Below, one piece after another: positions 6,431-10,169 of a DNA stretch of 10,169 nt. The stretch comes from Thermococcus sp. JdFR-02 (lineage in GTDB: Archaea > Methanobacteriota_B > Thermococci > Thermococcales > Thermococcaceae). Positions within the stretch are counted from its first letter, which is position 1; every line of letters starts with the position of its first letter. The notes beneath the pieces were generated by a model, which did not search any database, was not told the DNA's origin, and saw nothing but the letters and a program-made list of their open reading frames with translations. A program made the translations under genes and the position numbers. The DNA lies in assembly GCA_002009975.1 (NCBI GenBank), contig MTLP01000016.1:1-10169 (forward strand), read 5' to 3'.

Positions 6431-6692
6431 TGCATGCAATGCACTCTCGAGCCTTCATCACGAAAAAAGAAAGACTCTGAGGTGCTTTGGCGGCTAAAGA
6501 AATAAATTGCTATTGCCTTTGCAGAGAAAAAAGAAGCGTCTCCGCTGGTCTGTTTTCTTTCATCACATCGCTCCCGCCCCCCACTGCTCCTCACAGGGCT
6601 TTTATAGAGGAGTGGAAGGTTGGGTGGGGCCGAGGTGGGACAATACCACAAACCTCTGCGGTTCAATGTGTCTTCTGCTTACAGCTAGAGTA

Positions 6693-7883
6693 TCAAATAG
6701 TGTGGTAGGGTAAAGAGGAGGTTCGGGCTTCCACCGCAGGGATAGCTATCTCAATCAGTTTTTCTGCTGTAATTAAAAACTTCTTTAGGAAGTGTTTGAA
6801 GAATTTTATCTCCAGTAGCGAGAAAAAAGGTAGTGGGGGCTGATTGTGTATCACAGTGCTGCACGCTCTATACAGCTCAATCAGATTCCCCCCACCTAGG
6901 CCGTAAGTTTGAGCAAAATTCCTTAACAAATCTCGGTTTATTCCGAGCGAAGGGACCTGCTTTTCTTGAAGTTTATCTAATACTTCAAGAATGTATATAG
7001 TCTCGCCAGATTGTTCTTGTAGAATTTTCAAGAATTTTTTTATAGATTTTTTCTTAAACCTGTCCAGTGAATATATCTTTGGACATCCTTCGTATTCATA
7101 AAAGAACATTGAATACAGATAGACATTAGGATTGATTCCTCTTCCAACATTTAATAAAATGACCAACTTAACGAACCATTCGAGTATGTTTCTCAATAGG
7201 AGATATGCTGCAGGAATGTTAAAGGTCTCAGTCAGCGCTGCATGAAGTTGCCGAATATACATTGATACGCTACTGGTATACAGTCCAATCGAGACAACAT
7301 TGCTTTCTTCTTCTGCTCTTCTCAACTGATCAACTAAACTCTGCATCAGATTAAGAAGCTCCTCTATCTGTTGGAAATCTCCTGTTTTCTTCAGCAATTC
7401 TCTGAAATCATCACGCATTAGATGAAGATGCTTTTCCTCTACAGGTTTTACTTCCCCTATAATAAAGAGTAGATTTTTCCATATATCTCTGTAAACCTTC
7501 ATTATATCTTCTCCGTCCTTTTCAACCTCAGATGCAAGCTGAGAAGCTTTTATCTCCAAATACTCTACAAATAGTTCCCATTTGATACGCATCCTTAAAG
7601 AAGGTCTAGTAGATGATAATGGCGAACAGAGAAACACAGTTACAAAAGGCTTCCCGTTAACAGTGAGGGCATTTTTGTTCTCTTTTAAAAATTTTTGCCA
7701 TTCCTTTCCTATATCTATTGCACTCAAATCTTCTTCGGTTGCCTTTATCATCGCAAGCTTTAGAAAGTGGTAGACCTGCCAAGGCAGATCAACATACAAG
7801 CGACGGGTTCCAAACCTTACCTTAGATTTAGGAGGTGTTCTAAATATGAATGGATACTCTGGAAACAACTTCCTTATGCTCAT
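6693..7883 (-). CDS. Hypothetical helical protein (396 aa) with HEPN-like C-terminal domain
   Basis: Long ORF. AAYLLLRNILE and LYRACSTVIH resemble the 'L-R-x-x-x-E' helix and 'Y-x-x-x-S-x-x-x-H' motif of divergent HEPN/DUF5677-like proteins. No canonical Rx4H motif. Confidence 0.55.
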   Translation of the reverse strand: MSIRKLFPEYPFIFRTPPKSKVRFGTRRLYVDLPWQVYHFLKLAMIKATEEDLSAIDIGKEWQKFLKENKNALTVNGKPFVTVFLCSPLSSTRPSLRMRIKWELFVEYLEIKASQLASEVEKDGEDIMKVYRDIWKNLLFIIGEVKPVEEKHLHLMRDDFRELLKKTGDFQQIEELLNLMQSLVDQLRRAEEESNVVSIGLYTSSVSMYIRQLHAALTETFNIPAAYLLLRNILEWFVKLVILLNVGRGINPNVYLYSMFFYEYEGCPKIYSLDRFKKKSIKKFLKILQEQSGETIYILEVLDKLQEKQVPSLGINRDLLRNFAQTYGLGGGNLIELYRACSTVIHNQPPLPFFSLLEIKFFKHFLKKFLITAEKLIEIAIPAVEARTSSLPYHTI

Positions 7884-7908
7884 TATAAGAGAATTTTGGT
7901 GAAAAATA

Positions 7909-7916
7909 CATATAAA
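7909..7916 (-). promoter_or_regulatory. Archaeal TATA box, with adjacent inverted repeats upstream
   Basis: Minus strand TTTATATG lies 25 nt before ATG 7883; no SD. Confidence 0.6.
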
Positions 7917-8064
7917 GGTTACAAAGTTACATACTTTGTATCAGCTCGAGGATTTCTCGAGCGACCTATACAGGCACCTCGAACCCTCTTCTGAATAGAA
8001 ACATACAATTTGCTCTTAAAGCACTGCTTATAGAAGCGCTTATTACGGTATGTCAAACTCTTTA

Positions 8065-9687
8065 TTATATTCTATGTTCAAATTCCTCAATTATATTGGA
8101 TATCTCCTTTAAAAATTTAAGTGGCAAATTAACAAATTTCTCAGAAACATCTAATACAAATACATTTTCTCCATCCTTTCCAAGAGGAATAGTTAATATT
8201 GCATGCTCAGCAAATATAGGCAACTTTGGAGCAATTGTAAGCAGTGACAATGTATATCCGCCTCTAATTATAAGGAAATCAATCCATCTCCGAACACTTT
8301 CCAATTCCAATGAATACGAAAAAGAATTTTTTTCTCCAAATTTAATATTTAAATATCCGTTTTTTATTTCGATTTGAGGTACTGGTATATGCTCACCGCT
8401 TTTTGTACAAGCAAAACTCCAGTACTGAAGGACATCTAATTCTGGTGTTAACTCTTCAGTAGGGTATAATTCATCACCGATAAGTTGTGGGTCTGTATAA
8501 CCAAGAATAACTGCTTCTATCCCCCAATTCCGGATCTCTTCAGGATTATTAATTACGTAGAACTCATAATAGAAAGCATCCTGTACTGCAGATTGAAAAT
8601 CGAGCAATTCTTCGTAAAGTCTTATAAATTCTTCAAATGAAATTTTCCTTCCATATCTTGTTAGCTCGATTTCCTTAGAATCTATGACTATCTTATACTG
8701 ATTATGGGCAAATGCATTACGGAGCTGTGTATCGTATAATCTAGTTAGTAATGCATAAATTTTTTTGCCACTTTTAAAAAGATTGAACGTTTCTATCATG
8801 TCTTTTAAACCTTTGACTTTTTTACCTTGTTTTAATCTACTAGATGGTAATTTTATTTTTCTAAATGGGTTTTTACATATTTTTATCCCCTCTATGATGT
8901 ACACTAAATTTAAAAGGAGGGTTAAAATTGTTTGACTTTCTAATGCATCCTTGTAAGCTGATAATTTTGTTAAAATCTCATATTTTTCTAAATCGAAAGT
9001 ATCTTCAGCTTGGATTCCCATTAATTTTGTATTTTCAAATAATATTTTTTGTTTTCTAGGTGCAATCTCATGAGCAGAGGTATTGAAGGACTCTATACTC
9101 ATTGTGTACCAATCTATAATATTTTTTAGATTATTAAACTCTGCCAAATTTGCTTTTTTAGCTTCTAAAATAAGTTTGTTAATTAGTTTAGAATAAATAT
9201 CATCTTCTTTATCTTCGATTGTGGTAAAATGGCTCTTTAAGGCAAGTGTAAAAAAATGGAATCCGATAATAAACTCATCAGGATGTCCTGTAGGAAATAA
9301 CCCTTTGGCCAATTCCTTGATTTTCTTAGTATCCTCCTCATCTAAAAATTTTTGGGAAGGTTCATTTAATAACCATCTCTCAAAAATAGCGGTTATTTTT
9401 TCGATTCTTTCCAGTATAGTAAGATCCAAAACTTCATTTTCATAATTTCCACATCGTTTACAAGGCACCTCATTAGAATTGTACTGTTTTCTTAGTTTAT
9501 CCGCCATACTTCTATGTAAAATCATAATTTCTCCACACTTGCATTGATGGACTTCTAAATCTTTACTTTCTAAAGCTGCCTCTATTTTTTTAGTAAATCT
9601 CGGAGAAAGAAGTCCATGACCACGCTTTTCGAATAATTTTCTCAATTTTTCCCTATCAATCTCTTCAATAGATTTGATCCTTACCAT
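8065..9687 (-). CDS. HEPN-domain putative RNase with N-terminal Cys4 Zn-binding motif (about 540 aa)
   Basis: LRNAFAHN matches the canonical R-N-x3-H HEPN motif (8704-8721); CKCG...CKRCG near the N-terminus. TTAAAAAT at 9709-9716 about 22 nt upstream favours ATG 9687 over TTG 9756. Very AT-rich. Confidence 0.7.
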   Translation of the reverse strand: MVRIKSIEEIDREKLRKLFEKRGHGLLSPRFTKKIEAALESKDLEVHQCKCGEIMILHRSMADKLRKQYNSNEVPCKRCGNYENEVLDLTILERIEKITAIFERWLLNEPSQKFLDEEDTKKIKELAKGLFPTGHPDEFIIGFHFFTLALKSHFTTIEDKEDDIYSKLINKLILEAKKANLAEFNNLKNIIDWYTMSIESFNTSAHEIAPRKQKILFENTKLMGIQAEDTFDLEKYEILTKLSAYKDALESQTILTLLLNLVYIIEGIKICKNPFRKIKLPSSRLKQGKKVKGLKDMIETFNLFKSGKKIYALLTRLYDTQLRNAFAHNQYKIVIDSKEIELTRYGRKISFEEFIRLYEELLDFQSAVQDAFYYEFYVINNPEEIRNWGIEAVILGYTDPQLIGDELYPTEELTPELDVLQYWSFACTKSGEHIPVPQIEIKNGYLNIKFGEKNSFSYSLELESVRRWIDFLIIRGGYTLSLLTIAPKLPIFAEHAILTIPLGKDGENVFVLDVSEKFVNLPLKFLKEISNIIEEFEHRI

Positions 9688-9821
9688 AACATTATATTGA
9701 AATCCCCTATTTTTAATCTTTATTCGCTTGTTTACATCTTCACGCAGGTGCAGCAAAACTCAGCACAGCCAATTTACCCTTATCATCTTTCCAAAAACTT
9801 GAGATTTGTCAGCTTTATCTC

Positions 9822-10160
9822 TTATTCTTCTCTCACTTCCTTTTCCTTCTTCTTTCGCTTTTTACCCCAGTTCCCAAGTGGTACCAGTTTGAACCTCCCC
9901 CTTCCTCCATAGTGTACGTAGGCAGCGAAGCCTTTTCGCTCTTTGGCAACCTCCCTCAGCTTTCTTCTTTCTTTTCTGGATAGCTTGGCTGAATGGCTCT
10001 TAACCTGCACGTATGTTTTCACACCGCTCGGTGAGACGGCGTAGATGTCGTATGGGCCTCTGCTTCCTTTGCTGCGCCTGACGTTCCTGAATCCAAATCT
10101 TTTTAGCCAGTCTGCCACCTTCTTCTCAGCTATCCTCCCACGACGATACCTGTTTACCAT
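9822..10160 (-). CDS. Hjc-like / Mrr-like PD-(D/E)xK endonuclease (112 aa)
   Basis: G-x-x-AE-x-x-V-x-x-x-L-x-x-x-GF...R-S-x-GS-x-G-P-Y-D-I...V-Q-V-K matches the archaeal Holliday junction resolvase pattern, with QxK in place of ExK. Confidence 0.8.
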   Translation of the reverse strand: MVNRYRRGRIAEKKVADWLKRFGFRNVRRSKGSRGPYDIYAVSPSGVKTYVQVKSHSAKLSRKERRKLREVAKERKGFAAYVHYGGRGRFKLVPLGNWGKKRKKKEKEVREE

Positions 10161-10169
10161 GTTTTTAGT

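Noticed and set aside
6006-6713. Multiple overlapping Cys/Ala/Ser-rich ORFs on both strands
   Set aside because: Open frames arise from low-complexity, A-poor and pentamer-periodic DNA; compositions are implausible and start signals are lacking.
981-9912. Remaining short ORFs antisense or out of frame within longer genes (e.g. 981-1166, 1668-1880, 4785-5237, 5439-5777, 8096-8377, 9221-9445)
   Set aside because: Largely or entirely nested in better-supported CDSs, with no motifs or start signals.
9822-10160. Assigning the gene symbol hjc
   Set aside because: QxK instead of ExK and the accessory context mean it may be a mobile paralogue rather than the housekeeping resolvase.

Overview
Accessory, probably mobile-element-derived region of an archaeal genome. 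The archaeal call rests on GGAGGTG-type Shine-Dalgarno sites, TTTATA boxes about 22-26 nt before leaderless ATGs, and an Hjc-like nuclease. There are no rRNA, tRNA, CRISPR, transposase or integrase sequences. Left part (1-4000): a ribbon-helix-helix regulator preceded by three phased GTTAAC sites, an MBL-fold hydrolase, an OB-like/Zn/Arg-rich protein, a small membrane protein and a hypothetical protein. Middle: a GC-rich polytopic membrane protein (tentatively CedA/VirB6-like) between two long non-coding spacers that share motifs, one of which holds a 5-bp periodic array. Right part: defence-like cargo of two HEPN-like proteins (one strongly AT-rich) and a PD-(D/E)xK nuclease. The most unusual signal is non-coding. 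Two homologous, covarying, minus-strand structured leaders (about 3001-3177 and 3831-3985) precede unrelated genes, a terminator arm is complementary to their shared motif, and a perfect 15-nt anti-SD/SD pairing lies at 28-158. All product calls come from motif reading by eye, not database searches.
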